64,000 nucleotides of DNA, taken from positions 67,146,001 to 67,210,000 of the forward strand of contig OZ336874.1 of the NCBI GenBank assembly GCA_965287045.1, in the 5' to 3' direction. Position numbers and translations under genes: made by a program. This DNA comes from Carcharhinus amblyrhynchos. Taxonomy: Eukaryota. The notes under the pieces were generated by a model. That model made no database searches. It was not told where the DNA came from and saw only the letters and a list, made by a program, of their open reading frames with translations. This document shows positions 62,116-64,000 of this stretch, piece by piece; the stretch's first letter is position 1; every line of letters begins with the position of its first letter.

Positions 62116-63109
62116 GTTCCATGTGTAAATTTGAAGGGAAAGTATTTTACAAAACTGTAATTGCAAACCTTTGTCATGCAATAAAATATTTTTCTTTAGT
62201 TTTGCACAGGCAATACAATACATCCTATGGTTGTGTATCTCACTATATTATTAATGCTATATTTTGATCAAAAAAAGCATTCCTAAAAATGGATGCCAAC
62301 TATTCAAGTATCAGATGTTTAATCTCCTATCTAGTCTTGTAATCTTTGATTGATCCAGTTGTACACTTTCTTGTTTTGTTTCTTAATTTGAATATGCTTG
62401 CATGTAAAGAAAATAAAAATGTGAACACCGAAATCAACATGCACTGCTCTATCAAAAGTTTGGTAACATCTTAAGCCTGTGAAGCAGAAGTATTCTATTG
62501 GCATGGCTAGGTACCTGAGAGATTGTGTGGAAATTTGAATGCATGTGACAATTCAAAGCAGAGTAATATTACAAAGGATTGGAAATCTTTGAAGTGGATC
62601 CTTGCTGAAAAAAACTGAAGAAAGAATTATTTGGAAGAAGATTCTATGGCATGTCTTTTCAAGATTGGAGTTTAGGAAATGCTCATGTGGAAGCCAGAGT
62701 CCGGTGAATCCAGTTGGTTCACAGTGTAATAATCATGTGGGGGAAACTGAGAAATCTACAGAAGTTGAATTGGGTGACATTGTCACTTGGTTTCAGAATG
62801 TGGTGTGTATGACCACAGTTGGTCTATTGATTTACAGGGATTGCGCATTTACTGAGAACATTAGTGCATAAGATATATCTTGTAAGCTGTTATTCTTAAA
62901 ATCTGCATACATTTTTGAAAATAAGTGAGAGTGAAAGAATATTGCATTGTGGTCAATTTTTTCATGTTTAACAAATTTTTTTTTCCTATTGTTAGCAGCT
63001 AATTGGCAGTCCTGTGCCACTGTTCATCCAGTTATCTGAAAAAAGTAAACATTACAGCCTCTTGAGCTGCAGTTCCATCTGGGACCTTCCTGTCCAGTAG
63101 TGACATCAA

Positions 63110-63848
63110 CTGGAATCATGAAATAAGTAACTCACCTCATGACTCCCCAGAGCTTGTCCAGTACCTACAAGGCACAGGTCAGGAGTGTGATGGAAAACTC
63201 TCCAATTTCCTGGATGAGTGCAGCTCCAACACTCAAGATGCTTGACACCATTCAAGACAAAGCTGCTGCTTGATTGGCATCCCATCCACAACCTTAAGCA
63301 TTCACTCCCTCAGCCACCAAGACACTGAGTGACAGCAGTGTGTCCCATCTGCAAGATGCGCTGCAGCAACTCACCAAGGACGTTTGACAGCACCTTCTAA
63401 ACCCACGACCACTTCCACTGAGAAGGACAAAGGCAGCAGATACATGAAAACTTCAGCACCTACAAGTTCCCTTTCAAACCACTCCCCATCTCGACTTGGA
63501 AATGTATCAGTTACTTCATTGTTGTTGGATCAAAATCTGGAACTTCCTTCTTAACAAGACTGTGGAGAGAATTTTCCCATCCTGCCCACCACAGGAATTG
63601 TAGCAAGGAGGAGTGGGTGGGTGGGGGGGTGGAGGGGGGTTGGAGGGGGGGGGGTGGGGGGGCATGCAAACATCCGTTGATCTTGGGCAGGATTTTTGGG
63701 TTTTGGGTTGAGCGCGTCTGGAAAATCCCGGCCTGTGGGTTTACAATATGGACTGCAGCAATTCAAAAAGGTGGCTCACCACCACCTTCTCAAGGACAAT
63801 TAGCGATAAGTAATAAATGCTGGCAACACCCACGTCCTGTGAAATTTA
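63110..63848 (+). mobile_element. L2/CR1-group LINE 3' part, split by a MITE (63563-63733)
   Basis: YKAQVRSVMENSP..WMSAAP..LDTIQDKAA; tail aataaatgctggc. Confidence 0.82.
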
Positions 63849-64000
63849 TTTTAAAAATCACCATCACTAACCTGTCAATCATCTCTATCAATCACCACTC
63901 ATACCTCACATCTATAACTTCACTACAGCCTCACACACCAACTGACAGTGCCAGCCTCAGAATCTCAGCTTTCAACTTGTAAATATTTCCAGCTATTCAG

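Overview
This is eukaryotic, repeat-rich DNA from a cartilaginous fish (shark). The inference rests on HE1/V-SINEs, Deu-domain SINEs, CR1 LINEs and shark-type Penelope and Harbinger elements. The only host gene is the 3' end of PRDM6 on the minus strand. Its 177-nt penultimate zinc-finger exon (52043-51867) splices in phase 2 across a ~37.5 kb intron to the terminal coding exon (14338-14224). A 148-N gap starts 2 nt after the stop codon. Almost all other ORFs in the track are transposon debris or chance ORFs. The introns hold deeply nested TEs: a young CR1 with an intact RT ORF, Penelope-like elements (PLEs) with minimal hammerhead ribozyme motifs, Copia and Gypsy LTR remnants, Vingi, Rex1/Babar, L2, a Harbinger transposase remnant and Harbinger MITEs. 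The most interesting observations are: (1) a chimeric V-SINE whose tRNA promoter has decayed and which carries an unrecognised structured 5' module with partial HDV-ribozyme-like features; (2) palindromic hammerhead-bearing PLE ends; (3) an inverted pair of near-identical CR1s flanking the frame-preserving PRDM6 exon; (4) a 154-bp recent inverted duplication; (5) a Harbinger MITE carrying an internal CR1 fragment. TE boundaries are approximate unless TIR/TSD/splice signals are cited. Family names come from recalled consensus sequences, not from database searches.
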